64,000 nt of DNA, from NCBI GenBank assembly GCA_965153355.1, contig OZ231126.1:45570001-45634000 (forward strand), read 5' to 3'. The position numbers and the translations under genes were made by a program. The notes under the pieces were generated by a model, which saw only the letters and a program-made list of their open reading frames with translations, was not told the origin of the DNA and did not search any database. Below are positions 1 to 16,002 of the stretch, piece after piece (position 1 is the stretch's first letter; each line of letters starts with the position of its first letter). The stretch comes from Flaccisagitta enflata. Its lineage: Eukaryota.

Positions 1-63
<63 letters not shown>

Positions 64-1343
64 TTGAGAGACCTGTATGTGAAAAAAAGGGGATTTGAAG
101 AAGTTCAACCATACCTCTCTAGTATCTCATCTATCGTCCATTAAGTCAAGGCTGAAAGGTGTATCTGGAAAAATGTTTTAAAAAGAGATGAAAAGCGGCT
201 GAATAGAAGAAGCAGTTTATTATCGACCTTTTGAAAACGGAAAAAAGGCGCGGACCTGATGAAGCTCCCACGTGGAGTGTATTGGATTCTTTTTATACTT
301 CACTCAGATACTGTGTGTGTGTGTGTGTGTGTAGTTGATTTTAAACTATCGATATTTTTATCGTCTGTCAATTACTGGTTATGAAACACGTAATGCTCAG
401 GCTCGCGCTGGCCATGGAGTTTCGGCACATCTAGTGTTTCGAGAAACTTACGAAATCATAATTCAGGCAAATGATATCCTGACGATGGCAGCAAGATTTT
501 CCTACATACATTTCCCTTCCGAAATTGCACGATAAAAAAAAAAGTCTGAAGCCAACCCTCGTGTCCAGAACGCACATTCGTTCATTTATAATATTTCTGA
601 AATCAGTGGAGGGTAATGTTTGGAATTTTTTTTATGGCATGATATGACTAAGCGTGCCATGCAATTTCATTCTGTACCAATTTCATTCTTGAACTTGTCC
701 CCGTTGAATCAGAAAATGACTTTTGGTATTTGCTTTAGTCACCCGATGAGGAATTTTGTTTTCATGCCTATCACGGCAGTGTTACAAGAAAAGTTTCATG
801 CGTGGTACCAAACGAAAGGTAATGACATGGATTATCACCTGGGAGGGGCTGAAGCTTGGGAAGCCACCCTATCCCACAAAAAAAGCACCAAATTGCGCTC
901 CCACATGTTTCTAGCGCTCTCAGTTGAAATGGTAAAATTTGGTAAAAATTTTGGCTTGTTTTCACGATTCGGGATATCGATGGTCGTTGTCTGGTGGAGT
1001 CATTTTCGCTCGCAACTCAACGCGTTTTGAAAAAAATGAAAACGGAAAAAATCAGTTCCCGTTTTTTGGCGGGAAAATGACTGGTGCCTTTGCTACCAAG
1101 AATTCACTTCTTCTCTGTTTTAGCAAACATTTTTTACCCGTCAGGCCAGAAAATGAAGAAATCGCTTACGTTGAGTCATCGTCTTAGCATTATGTCTAAA
1201 GATAAAATGTTGAATCACACAAAAACATTAAAACTTATATTTTGAACTGAGAAGCTTAAATCGAAAATTTTAATTGTCCCATAACATAACATAACAACTA
1301 CAACTACAACTACAACTAATACAACAACTACTACAACTACTAT

Positions 1344-1430
<87 letters not shown>

Positions 1431-3796
1431 AACTACAACACTACTACGTTTCGCTTTTTGGGCAGCGGCCTGAAGGGAACGAAGTTCTGTAGAACACAGG
1501 GGGACTTTCGTTTGTTTGTGCATTCGTCTGTTGGTCCGTTTATTCGCTCTCCCCCCCCCCCCCCGTCAGGCCCCTCGGACCTGAAACCTGCCTTCCCGAG
1601 ACTGAAATCTGCCCTTCAAGGCCCAAAATCTGCCCCCCAGGCCTGATATTGGCCCGCGCTAGCCTGAATTCTACCCTCTCTGGTCTGAAATCCTACCTCT
1701 TAGGGCTGAAATCTGCCCTCTCAGGCCTGAAGTCAGCCCTATTTTCAGGGCCAATTAAATCCCATAGAATTATTGGGTGTGTTTCTAGTCTCAGACAATC
1801 GCGTTTTTAGTTGCGGACTAGCGACTGCAAGAGACTTTCTCTGTCCGTCCATCCATCCATCCGTCAGTCTGTCCATTCCACCATGATGATCTAGTTGGAA
1901 AGTGTGAAAGCTCGCATATCCGCCTTTTTAACAATTCACCCGGCTCACTCGCTTTACAGCGTACAACAATTAGAACGATAATAAGAACAACAATTAGAAC
2001 AACAACAACAACAACAACTTCAACAACAACAACTTCAACAACAACAACAACTTCAACAACAACAACAACTTCAACAACAACAACAACAACAACAACAACA
2101 ACTTCAACAACAACAGCAACAACAACAACAACATGTCACCCTCAGTAATCGGTGGAAATACAATGGAGTTTGCAAGTAAACTCCACAAATGCGGTTGTCA
2201 ATTTCTGGTCTTAGGGTCAAATCCGAGTTCTTTGAACACAATTGTAGTTTTTCTTCACAACATCAAAAATCGCAATTAAAAGCATCGACAGACAGACCAA
2301 CCAATGTAAGGACCAAAAACTGAAAAAAAAAAAAAATAACCCTCTTTAAAAGTTGTAAAAATGCTTTTCCAAGCAAGATTGGGTTTCGCGTTTTGTAAGC
2401 CACAGAAATTAATAGACACAAGCATTTCATGACGTTTTGTCTTTAAAATAGCTGCAAGAGATAAATTTTGCTTAAAGAAGGAACTTGTAACCTAAAACTA
2501 CCAAATAAAATCAAAAGACAACCGCATTGACGGAGTTTTCTTCATACTTTGTTCTATTTCCAAAAAAAAAGCCAAATTGAGATGCGTGATGTCCGTTTCG
2601 CTTTTTCAAAATTCACGCGGATGACGCGTTGAGTTGCACATTAGGTTTGTTATGTTTGTCCGACAGAGGTTTTCGGGATTTCAGGTAATGCGCTTGCGAC
2701 TGTATGTCCGTCCATTGGTCTATCAGATAGAATAGGATACACCTCTGTATTTATCCATCTGATGCTTTGTAACTCATTAATTCCATGATCCACACATGCT
2801 CTTTATTTATCGCTCCCACGCAATTCTATGATTACCTATGACAGGCTATGTTAGAAAGTTAGTGACTCTAGAACTTGCGGTGTCAGTCTGTCTGTCAGTC
2901 GGTCTGTCGGTCCCTCCATTGGTCCCTCCGTCAGTCCGTAACCAAAACAAACTAAGAATTTTTGCGCTATTCCGCTCCTAACCACTCATCCGCGACTCTC
3001 AGGTTAAAACAAAGCTGTCCAGATACATGGCCAATAAGTAGTCGCCTAGTCAATAGGTAAAACAAAGCATCATACGCCCTACAGCGTGCTCATTTAAAGC
3101 GAGATTATTTGAACAATCTGAAAGTTTATAGCTTGATGAATACTGGCGACTTAACAGGGAGTTGCCGTCGAAAAATGGACATTTGACCTTTAAAACTGCT
3201 GAAAATAGGGTTTAAGCGCCATTGAGGCTTGAAAAAGAGAATGGTCAATCTAAAAATTTACAGGGAAGTTCATTTCAAATTGATACACTAATTTCAGGCT
3301 GTTGAAAAAATGAGCATTTGACTCTGAAAACTGCTAACAAGCGACGCGGGGTCACAATATTGTTGCGGAAGGGTGGGCAGGGGCATCCAACCCAGATCCA
3401 CACCCAAACTCCCACCCCAAACACAAATATACACAATAGTTGCAATAGCGTTAGATGCTCAGCGGTGCCCGTGCCCTGCGGAGTAGGTTGCACTTGAAGT
3501 TGAAGGGGGAGCAGGGCAGCGGCTCCAAAGGGGCCAATGACCTATGGGCGTTTTTCTCCTTCTCCTAAGACTGAGATTTGGGCCTCAAGGCTAGGATCTG
3601 GGCGTCTTGGCTGGGATTTGCACCTTGAGGCTGAGATTTGGGCCTCAAGGCTGGGATCTGGGCCTCCAGGGTAGAAAATGCTCGTAGTCCTACTTCTCGA
3701 CTTGATCATTACGAACCGATGGATGTACTGATGGACGGACAGACTAACAGACGGACAAAGCCTCTTTTAGAGTTGCGTGTCCGCAACTAAAAAAGG

Positions 3797-5190
3797 CTTT
3801 AAAACACCATTGAGGCTTGAAAAATAGTAGGGCCAATCTGAAATTTTACAGGAAGGTGCATTCTGAATAGATACACTCAATTCTGGCCTCACATTAGGGC
3901 GTTGCCGTTGAAAATACCGGCATTTGACCCTAAAAACTGCTGAAAAATGGCTTTAAAACACCATTGAGGCTTGAAAAAAAGTCGGGCTAATCTGAAAATT
4001 TACAGGAAGATGTATTCTGAATAGATACACTTGATTCTATCCTCAGAATAGGGCGTTGCCGTTGAAAAAATGGGCATATGACCCTAAAAACTGCTTAAAA
4101 ATGGCTTTAAAACACCATTGACGCTTGAAAAATAGTAGGGCCAATCTGAAATTTTACAGGAAGGTGCATCCTGAACAGATAAGACGCACTTAAAGTAAAG
4201 TGAAGGAAATTTACCCAGAGGATAAAGTTACCATTCACTTTACTATTTTTGCTCGAGTTAATGCTTGTGCTTATTTTTTTGTACTTAAATGTGTAAACTT
4301 ACTTGAGAAAACCGATCTGTCACTGTCAAATGACAAACATGCTAAAAGATGGAAGGAAATATGGTTCTGATGAGACTAAAAAGTGAAAAAATAGCGACAA
4401 TCATTTCAGTAACTGCTCACTGAAAATTTTAAATTTGCATAAAAAATCCAAATATCATTAAAATAAGAACATAGCGCCCTCAGTTTATGTTTTAGGAATC
4501 GCGCTATGTTCTTGTTTTGTTGATATTTTGATTTTCTATGCAAATTTAAAATTTTCAATTAGCTATGGTAGATTAACAACAGTAGTTTTCTATTGTATTT
4601 CGCATATTTTTTCAGCTGTAAAATAAAGGATTGGGGTTTAAAATTGGCATACGCAAGTCAATTCATGCAAAATATGGCTATTGACAGTTTTATTGAAAAC
4701 ATAAAAGCAAAAATTGTCATTAAATTTTATTTTACAAATTTCATGACTTATCTAGCTCGGGTAGCAAATTCTATGGTAATTTTCAGTGCGTCATAAACTC
4801 AATTCTGGTCTCACAATAGGGCGTTGTTGTTGAAAATATGGGCATTTGACCCTAAAAACTGCTGAAAAATGGCTTTAAAACACCATTGAGGCTTGAAAAA
4901 TAGTTGGGCTAATTTGAAAATTTACAGGAAGGTGTATTCTGAATAGATACACTTGATTCTGGCCTCACAATTGGGCGTTGCCGTTGAAAAAATGGGCATT
5001 TGACCCTAAAAACTGCTTAAAAATGGCTTTAAAACACCATAGAGGCTTGAAAAAGAGTAGGGCCAATCTGAAATTTTACAGGAAGGTGCATTCTGAATAG
5101 GTACACTCAATTCTAGCCTCACAATAGGGCGTTGTCGTTGAAAATATGGGCATTTGACCCTTAAAACTGCTGAAAAATGGCTTTAACACG
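3797..5190. repeat. ~143-bp tandem satellite, interrupted by a TIR element
   Basis: Repeating unit GCATTTGACCCTAAAAACTGCTGAAAAATGGCTTTAAAACACCATTGAGGCTTGAAAAA...; further diverged units at ~3150-3335. Confidence 0.9.
4183..4792. mobile_element. Non-autonomous DNA transposon with 4-bp TSD (Sola-like)
   Basis: TIR GACGCACT/AGTGCGTC with ATAA duplicated on both sides. Removing it restores the satellite unit length. Internal inverted repeat at ~4415-4560. Confidence 0.7.
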
Positions 5191-6692
5191 CCTCTGAGTC
5201 CTTGAAACCCTTACATTAGGTCAAATGACATCTTCTATCACTTATTGCCATCCTTTGGCTACAATTAGGCTTAGCAAATATATTTTTTTCAAAAAAAATT
5301 TTTTTCACCTATTTTCAAGATGCCCTTAAGGCAATTTCCTTAAGTCACAGACAAATTTAAACATCATCATTGGATTTCCCATGTCTGAAATAGGTCCCAA
5401 TGAGAAAATTGGGATTTTAGTGCACTTTTTATTTTTTTGAACCACTGTGGAACGTGGATATGGAGTTACGGGGATTGGTTATATACTTAATTTTGAAATG
5501 TTCATGCCGCTTGCTTCGACCATTGGAAATTGTCGCAGTGAGAAAACCTCATTGAAAGAGCAGTCTTTAAGCTTAGACGACAGTAACTTCCCTGGAACAT
5601 GTGCGAGATATATACAGAAGTGAGCATACGACGTAAAGTTTAAACTAAGAATGAAGGGAGACCTCTCCCTTAGACTAGCCTTGGATACGTCGGTATCTCG
5701 AGGTTGACACTAATGGACGAAAAATTAGATTTAATTTCCGATGGAGTCTCGGTCGAGAAGAGAACGTTTTACAGGTTCAATTAAATATCAATTAAGGCAG
5801 AAAATACCGAGGAGATAACCTTTTACCGTCAACGTCACTCCGCGTAAGAAGCTTCCCCTACCCTCTGTTCGTCGATCCGTAGGTCCGTAGGTCCGTTGGT
5901 CTGTTCGTGACAGTCATTTTCATCATTGTCAAAGCAATGGTTTGTGTTCTAACCTCGATTAACTTCAATTCTTGTTATCAGTTTTAGCTTCTGTAAAGCC
6001 GACTAATAAGCAAGCATGGCAGACAATCACACGACCAAATGTCACATGAAAATTGTGATGAGTACGGAAAATGTTGGAACAAAACTGTGCAAAAAATCTG
6101 ATTTGCATGATGCAGTAAAATCAACGATGGCCAATAGAGGGACAAAATAGTTTACAATGTATATCTCTGAATATTGATAAATGCAATTTAGACATGGTTG
6201 GAGAGAGGACTTATTCAGGCAACAACTTCGTAAGTATCGGAATGCCAAAACTTAGAATTGAATATTTCACTTGGTCCTCAACTACTAAGATCGACCTGAA
6301 ACCAACATTCAATAACTAATTGCCTGGCTGCCTGAGGCTGTAAAACTTGTAATCCTCGCACATTTTGGCACGTTCTTGCACGATGACTTGCGCGACGAGC
6401 TTCACGCGGAACATTCACGTGGAACCCGCCTAGGCTGTAAGGGTACCACCCTGGCTCGAGGAGCGCTTACGTGGACACTCAGGCTAAATAAGTTACCGTC
6501 AACCAATATGCCCCCATCCACGCCCTCTACCCCGTTTCCCTATTCTCCCGATTTTCATTTTTCTCAATATTCACATCCATTCATATTTCTTCTCCATCAC
6601 CGTTAAGCAAACAGACTCGAAACCTGGCCTCAACGTGGAAATACCAGAAAAGGTAAACTTTCATCTACGGGGAGTCGATCTCCACTGTGAAG

Positions 6693-6782
<90 letters not shown>

Positions 6783-9700
6783 TGGAGATATGGCCATGTG
6801 TGGGAAAGCCACTCCTTCACCTAATTTTCAATTAGCACGTGTTGGTCAGCTTCTTCTCATCGCCGCTGGCCTGGAAAACTGCCACGCCGAAGAAGAGCTA
6901 CAGACTCTCTTTCATTATCTTATTAACTGGTATTTATTTTCATCGCAACCCCTTCAGGGTACTTATATTAATCATCTCAATCGAAACTTACTAGTTCGTT
7001 TTCTGTAGTTTGGTGTAAGTATTGCTGTCAGGTGGTTTTTTTTCTGGGGGGGGGGGGGTAGTCGCGTGTAGCCGGCTACACAAGCCTCTCTTCAGGTACT
7101 CGGTCAATCATTTTGCTGTTCTATTTGTCCAGTATCACTTTGCCGTTTTGATCAGTCGGTCAGGTGGCATCAAATCTTTTTAACGTTCTGAGAATTTTTG
7201 TCAAATCACAGTACATGTGTCCTTCTTGTTCATACCTGTTTCTTTATAAATCGCAAGTAACAAAGGCAAACTGTTTCTAAAACGAGCCAAGTCTCTCATT
7301 CTTACTCTTATAAGTGATTTTCTTATATCCCCCAACGCCCTCATCTTTACCCGGAACCCGACTTTCTAGATCTCCCACCTCGAAATTCCCCATCATCACC
7401 CCCAGCCTCCTTCGACATTTCGCCTCTTTCAGCGTATCAACTCCTTTCATGGCCCCCACTGCTTTTTTTCCATTTATCCAGCGTTTCTGAATCGCTTTTC
7501 TCAGCCACCAGGTGTTTTAATATTTACCTTCTTCAAACATCTTTGAAAAACCGTTTTTATGCGTAGTGAAAAAAAAATTCCCTCTCGTAATGTTTACTTT
7601 CAAAATTTTTCATGCTTTGCTCATATTTTCTCTCACATCTTTGGATTTATCGTGTGGTTTCCACGCATACTAGCATACTGGTTTTTGGGAGGAGGTTTCT
7701 CTTCATGTCACGTTAAACAGACGGGAATTTTTTCATTACGCTTTTTTTTCTTTTGCCCCTTAGCTGTTTTATCACGTAATATGACTGATATATTGCTTTC
7801 AGTATTATCTTAGTCCATAGAAAGTTAATCACTGAAGGTCTGGAATTCCCTAGAACTCCCTTTGGTGATCACACGTATTGAGCACCATCTGAAGCTTCAT
7901 GTTTTCCATAACGCTGGAGTTAAATCGTTATTAATAAGGCCGGATACACGGCAGGACAGTCGTGGACGGTTGGGCAGTAGCAGTAATGCAAAAAAACGCT
8001 CGAAATTCTAAAATGTCACCTACCGACGGACCGACACGGCGAGATGCAGAGTCGCGTGTCCGCGATTAAAAATGTTTTAACAAATCCGATGATGTTCATT
8101 TTTTTATTATCATACCAAAGCTTGGTTGGAATACCGTGAAGGTGGCAGATCTTTCACCAGGCTTATACTTATAGGGGTGATCCATTACTCATATGGGGCA
8201 GAAAGCAAGCTGCAAAATTGATCTCCAATACTGCAAAATTACTCCACTTTATGTTATGTTTTAAAAATTTAAACAACGCAGGGTTACAATAATGTGAGGG
8301 GCGTATATCCTCAACCTTACCTCCACACTCACACACTCTTACACTTACATACAAACACACAAACACCCATACAATCACAACCGTGGCAACTCAAAGTCTA
8401 ATTGGGTTTTTAGTCGCGGACACGCGACTCTACACCTTGCCGTGTCGGTCGGTCCGTTGGTCCGTCGGTTCGTCACATTTCTGAATTGCGATCGGTTTTT
8501 GCATTACTGCTCCTGCCAAACCGTCCGCGACTGTATTGCCGTGTATCCGGCCTTGTTCAAACGGCGCGGCCTTGTTCAAACGGCGCGGCCCAGAACTGCT
8601 TTTTTAGTGGCGTGCTACGCGACTCTACACCCCGCTATGTCGGTCCGTCGGTCGGTTGGTCGGTCCCCTTTTTTACCCCCAAAATGGCAAATGCAATTAA
8701 TCAGCCTTACATTTAAGATCCTCGATGAACAATATTTAATGATAACAAAGCAACCCCGAGATGAGAATCGAGGGGAAGAATCGTAGTTTAGAATCGGCAG
8801 TACAACACGACCAAAGTAGAAATAAGAAAAGTTGTGTTTATTCAAATGGCCCCAAATGTCGATGTCCCAAAGGATGGCAAAGCCCGAAGAATTTGATCAT
8901 TTCAGGTAATCCGTTCGTTCTATTTATATTTTTTTGTTTATGTAACGAAATGTTTATATAAAAGAAGATAATCGATCCACGTTTCGAGACGCGACTCTGG
9001 GGAACAAAGGGGAAAAGGAAGAAATGAACCCTCTTTTCGGGAAATGTAGATATATCAAGATTGAGAGGACGAAGGAGACAAAGGGGGTAGGCGGAGGGCG
9101 ATCAGAAGTATAGTGTATACTCGAAGTGATAAAGAAGAAATGTGTTGGGAAGACGGCTAGAATCTGGGATGATTTTAAGGGGTGGGATTCACAAAACCGT
9201 AAAAAAAGTATGCCCACGCCAACTGACTTATTGGGTATAAAGTCTGACTGACTTATTGGGTATAAAGTCTCTAATCTCTAAGCAACTAACAAGAGTTAAA
9301 CTTGACATGGTTATATGCTACGTTGGAGGCGTTAAAACCATTAGCTTCTGGGTCCTTGTCTATGTTTCCCGGTGGCATGCAAGTCATCTATTCGCCTACT
9401 TCTGCACAATTCTCATTGTTCACGTTGTGCTTCCGTTCTTCCGTCTCTCTCTCTCTCTCTCCTTGCCTACTTTTCCTCTTTGATGTCTGACTCTGTCTCC
9501 GTCTTTTCCTTTGCCTCCTCTCTGCGACTCTGAGGCCGTAAATTCGTGAGATTATGTGATTTCTCCCCGGGAAGAAAATGGCCGTTCCAAGGTGGCGGAC
9601 AACACGGAGGAGGTGGAATGAGGAGGAGGAGGAGGAAGAGGAGGAAATGGAAATGATGGCAGGAGGGTAAGGAGGAGTAAATGGACGCTCAAAGGTGGAC

Positions 9701-10405
9701 TCTATTTTCTACGTCTAACAACTTCTCTTTTCTATTTCTGTCCACCCCCAACCCCGCGTTAAAAGAGAAGATTGACTGAGAAGGAAAAGGACGGTGATAA
9801 TGACATGAAGACGGGTGGATGTGGAGGTAGAGAAGGGACCAAGTTTGCGAGAGACTTAGAGGAGGCAGATTGAAAAAATGTATACTGACAAAGCAGGACG
9901 CAACGACTTGTAATTGTTAAGAGCTAGTTTAGTTGGCGACAAAGAAATCATGCGCAAGTCATGATGATTAAAAAAGCAAACACTCTTATCCAATATTTTG
10001 TTTTTTACTGATCAACATGTATACGCAACCATGTTCCTTCCCCGCGACAGGAGAGATTCACACATCAAGCTTTATACTTTTATCTCGATCACTAGCCCAA
10101 AATGATACCCAATTTATTCAAAGTCACACCACCTTTAACCCCAGACTCCAACATCTTCAATCTCCTCATGTTCCTTGTTTGCCCCCCCCCCCCCACCTCC
10201 ACTCCCCGCCAAGTTCATCCTCGGTGGATTGGCTGTCTTCCATATTCTGCATGTTGCTGCCTCACCGGGATTCTTTGACGCTGCGGGGGTTCCAAGCTTA
10301 AGAAGGTGGATCTTTTATGGGCAGAGAGAGTTGGTGTCCGACGTCCCATTCAAATCGCACCATAGAATCGCAGCCATGAAACCATGAAAGAAGATCAAGA
10401 CAGTG

Positions 10406-10606
<201 letters not shown>

Positions 10607-12329
10607 AGGACAGACAAACAGACAAACATAGACACAGACGCAGACACAGACACAGATATAAACACAGACAGAAAGGTAGTCGGAAGGCAAATAAAGACAA
10701 ACAATAGGCAATCTGACTACCAGATTGACATCGAAATAGACAGTTGTATATTATCATATACGTATAAAAACGAGGAGAGTAAGACAGTGAAATCACCCAA
10801 CCAAAATAGAAACGGTAACAGAACCAGACAAAATGTAAAATGACATACAGATAAAAAAATAAACATACTAAATGATGATTAGATCGAAAAACAGACGGAC
10901 TGGTAGACAGGCTAATAAAAGAAGACAGCAAACAAAAGAAGACAGATTAAATGCGTGACAGAAAGACCAAAACAAAAAGAGACAGACAACGAAGAGGAAG
11001 GGGTTTAAAGCGATGTTGTCTCTACGGGGGTTCTGAAGCAGTCAAGAATTGAAGGAGAAAGGGACTCTAAAAGCCGCTCATCCACGCAAGAAATCGAAGA
11101 CCAAGAAACAAAGAAACAAGGCCGAGATACAACAGTAAAAGAACGCGTCCTTAAAGATACTCAAGCTTATCCAGACATGCAAAGATTCGGACAACTATAT
11201 TGCAGGCGGTAGGAATGGACATTTGACAAAACAAACGACATAAACTCTCGCAGAGTTTTCAAAACACACTTACGAAAGATTTTACTCCTGAACAGTTTGT
11301 TGATTCTGCCCCCTTTTCAGTTTTACTTTGGATTCTGCGTTCTGCATATTTGTCTTTGTCTTTCCCGTCGTCTGTAACTTTGTCTTTTAAATAGCCTATG
11401 TCTCCCTGCACATTTAATGTTTTCTCCAATCAATTCAGGCGTTTAAAAAAATGATTAAAATTACGCTTTTCATCATTCCTTTGCGTTGTTGTTGATAAAT
11501 CTTACACGTTGGGGTCTGAAAGCGATTGACCGCTACTAATTTGATGAGTGGGATAGTTACTAGTGTTTGTATTGGAAAATAGGGGAGCAGCAGAGGTAGT
11601 TGGAATGGTATGAAAATCGTCCACACCCCTACTTTTCTGCCTCGTACGTCGTTGCCCCTGCCCACACACACACGAGAATAAAACAGCCTTAGATGTGGAA
11701 TTTTAAAACTCAGTCGAGAGTATAAGTTACCTAAAAGTTCTCATATTGCAAAAAAAGCAGGTCTGTGAAAAATCCTAAGCGTTAGAAAATGTTTTTGTCT
11801 CTCCGCCGCCTACCCTTCCCCAATTCAAGAAATTGGTTTAACCGCCTTTATTCAAAGTGGAGACGATATAAAGCTGTCATGGTCATTTTGGTCAAAATTG
11901 CTCAAAAGAAAATTGCCGAGGCCCATTGTGGAGGCGTGGACACCGAAAGAGGTCTTACGAGCGAAAGTGTTTTAACCATTTTATCTCTTTCTCCGTCCCT
12001 CTTTACTTTATCCGTCCTCTTCATTTTTAAAGCCCTTTGAAAATGGTTTCAAGAATGGTCTCAACTCAATTTTATTCTCGGGTTTTAAAAGTTTGTGGCA
12101 CGTCAGCGACGTCCACGCGCGGGAGGGAAAACAATGACGACCACGCCAACGAGCAAAAACCCACGGTAGGGTAGCAGAAGTAACGACGTTACCATCACAC
12201 CATGGTGAACGCTCTCACCACATTCAACATAACCACCCACAGTAGGGCAACGACAGAACTACCACTACCTCCTCAATCATGAAATAAACACAATGACCGA
12301 ACCACCTCAACTATCAACAACCCACCATG

Positions 12330-12437
<108 letters not shown>

Positions 12438-13381
12438 CGACGACGACGACCGTGACCACGACCACGACCACGACCACGACGACCACGACGACCATGACGA
12501 CCAAGACGTCCACGACGACCACTACTTCAACGACGACCAAAACTAGCGTCCTCTTACTTTTTCCATTTTTCAGGAGAGAACTTACATGAAAGGAAGCACG
12601 GATAATGTTTCTCCCTGGGGGGCAGCATTTATGGTCCGATATGTTGGATATGAAATTGGCTTGGGGACAACAACAAGAACGAGGATATAAACGGATTCAA
12701 GAGGTGCGGAAAGAAGATGTCGAAAGAGACGCGAAAGACGTCATCGCTTCCTGAAAAAAAAAAAGATGCGTACTGTTAATGGTGCGGTTGGTCGAATCGT
12801 TAGTCCATATTCGCGATGATTGCATTGAGTTGATTGTGATGCACTCATTGCACCGCACTGCCGGAAAATACAGTGGAAACCTTAGCTTCTATTATCAGTC
12901 GCATGCACGCGACTCTATTACCCGCTTTGAGTGTCGGTGTGTTGGTCCGTTGGTAACATTTTGTTTGTTTTTTGTTTTTGGCATTACCAGTTGCTTCTGC
13001 ATCACTGTCCCTACTCAACTGCTTAAATGGCATCTTTCATTACATCCCACACATACCCAAGTGCAACATGGGTAGCCGTCCACCCGGCCTTGTTTGTTAA
13101 TCCCTGGCTAAGCGACTCTATAAGAGGTTGTATCTGTTGGTAGGTTTGTAGGTCTGCCCGCTGCCCACTGCCCACTGCCCACTGCCCACTCGCATAACTG
13201 CCCACCCCCAAGCGACTGCATATTGGTCCGGTACCCAGCCTTGTTTTACTGGTAATCCTTCATGTTCATTCTACAGATTTTCTTTTTACAAAGATTTATG
13301 AACCAATATCATATCTAATTTCATTTCAGTGAACGGCAGTTTGAGCTGATAGCTGAGGTATAATGTTATGACGATGGTAAC

Positions 13382-13729
13382 TACGCCAATTGCATCCCGG
13401 GACCTTGCTGAATCGCTCATATGCGCCTCCTTCATAATGTGATACTCACAATTTCATTTCAAATGAGCCAATGCGCAGCTCTCTAGCTTGATGGGAACCT
13501 TTTTTAGGGTCCGTTTAAAGTTTATATTGAAATCAATGGGAAAAAATCCCCTTAAGAATCCCCTTAAGAAAATCCTTATATTTTCTTTAATTTCAAATTG
13601 AGCCTAAAAAAGCTTCCCATCAGAGTAGCAAGCTGCGCATTGGCTTGTTTGAAATGAAATCGTGAGTGTCACATTATGAAGGGGGCGCACAGGAGCGATT
13701 CAGCAAAGTCCCGGGATGCAATCGGCGTA
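13382..13729. mobile_element. Palindromic MITE with ~130-bp TIRs
   Basis: TACGCCAATTGCATCCCGGGA... / ...TCCCGGGATGCAATCGGCGTA. TGGTAAC is present on both flanks but the TSD length is ambiguous. Confidence 0.85.
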
Positions 13730-14038
13730 ATTGGTAACCGTAGTGTTGTGTTTTTTAGCTAAAAGACTGAAATGATGGTAATGGTAGTTATGGGATTAAG
13801 GACTGGTTTTATATAAGGTTTCCTAATTCCTTACTGTTGGATCCCCCTAAAAACGGGAGGGAGGGAAGTGGTGGGTTCAGAATTTGGGGCTGATGATTGA
13901 GGTGAGAGTCTTCGTAGTGTTGGCATTTTGGGCTGTTAACGTCGTCAGAATATTTGATTTTCGGGGTCAAAGTTTCAACAACGACAAAATGCAATTGAGA
14001 AAAGGAGGAAATTCGCCGTGAGACAGAGGAAGAAAAAA

Positions 14039-14089
<51 letters not shown>

Positions 14090-15819
14090 GACAGTGAGGG
14101 ACATGGAGTAAACGAGGCAAAGACAGTAAGAGACAAGGGCAAAGATAGACAAAACGGAACGAAAAAGATAGTAAGGGTAAGGAAATTGATAGATATTGAT
14201 TCTGGAGTTGGCATTGTGAGTTGGAAGAGATCGACCTTTGGTGGAGGATGCATGAGATGATAGAAAACGAATGGTGAGAGGATTGTTGTTGCGGGATGAA
14301 GGGTGACAAAGTGTTTGGGGGTTGGGGGTTGAAGGATCTTTACATAAGTCATCAGTCAATTTTTTTTTTCTTTTCGATCAACCTAGTAATGACAGAGGCG
14401 ACTTGTTTCGGTTCCAACATGTCTGAAAACCTTCATTTTGAGCCTGATCCAATAATTTTCCAATGACTTTTCTTCATGTCCGTCAGCACCTTTCTATTTC
14501 CGTCTCGCCGTTTTTTCTAAAGAAGCCATCACAGGATGCCGTGTATTTTCCCTCCCTAAGGCGCACCTCATCCTCTTGTCTCCTTTCGTTTTGCCGTCCT
14601 TGAAAAACGCTGCTGCGCTTCGTTTCAATGGACGAGAAAGAACGAGTAAATGGGGAAGGAAGATGAGAGAAGGGATGAGAGCAAGACGAGTAGATGACAA
14701 TGGTGGATGTGTGAAGAAGGTACGTACATCTCATGATATCATTCATGAAATCATGAGGTCTGGTCAACATATATAGTTGTTGAATTTGCTTGCAAATGTT
14801 ACAAATGAATTAGATATAACCAAGTGAAAATAAGAAGGGACGTACGAAATTTTGTTCTTAAAGATGAAAAGAGGAATGAGGTATCAGCATGGAGAATGAT
14901 GAGATAAGAATGATTTAAAAAATTAGGTACAGAAAAGCATTCTTTGAAAAGCCGACAAATACAGAATAAGATAACAATGCGCGAATAGGAAAGAAGATAA
15001 AGGCCCGGAGATTAAGCTAGGAGCCACATGGTTGAGCGATTGGTCTAAGGAGGATCTAAAGAAATCACATCCGATGGAAGAGGGGAGAAAACCGGAAAAT
15101 GGGCAATGAGCAGGGAAGAGGCCAAAGCTATGATATAAATTTGAAAGAGTTTTGTAGAGAAATGTTACTTTCTTACAAGTTGAGACGAAATAAACATGAG
15201 GTAAAAGTGGGTGAATAGAAGGGGGGGATTGGGAATGTTCGCTGAGGTAGAGGAAAAAGAAGGTTGTCTCTATTGCCTACTGTCTGGATCTGGACCTGGA
15301 GAAACAAATCACGGCGGGGCTGCTGAGTTGTCTGATTCGAGACCCTTGACGCTCAAAGAAGATAAAATGCGAGATGAGACCATGGAGGGGGTAAAAAGGA
15401 AAAAGTGAGAGCGCAGGCGCGCGCCGGTGGAGAAAGAGAAAGAGAAAGAGAAAGAGCCGAAAGAGAGGTAAGCGCATTCCGCGGAGTGACGTTGGACAGA
15501 AAGGTTTCCGGTAACGGAATGTGTTTGTATTCGCATGTTACAATTCGCAAAAAATTTGGTTGCTGATAAAACATATGTCTAGACAAAGTAACCAGCGCCC
15601 AGCGTCACCGCGTGTGATTTCTCTGTCTGTCTTATACTCTCTTTATTCACTTGTTCACTCTCTCTCTCTCTCTCTCTCTTCTCTTAAAATACTCCTCAGG
15701 CGGGCGAAAGGAAGCTCAGTGGTGGATGACTTGTTTATTGTTTCGTGTGGATGGAATTTTGAAAAAGTAGCTAAGATTATTTCTCTCCGATTGAACTTTT
15801 TTCTCAAACGCAGAGAGAA

Positions 15820-16002
<183 letters not shown>

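Noticed and set aside
15020-15060. tRNA A-box-like GGTTGAGCGATTGGTCTAAGG
   Set aside because: No B-box or cloverleaf follows.
13809-15586. Several overlapping ORFs and splice-like sites
   Set aside because: No consistent exon chain or recognisable protein could be assembled by eye.
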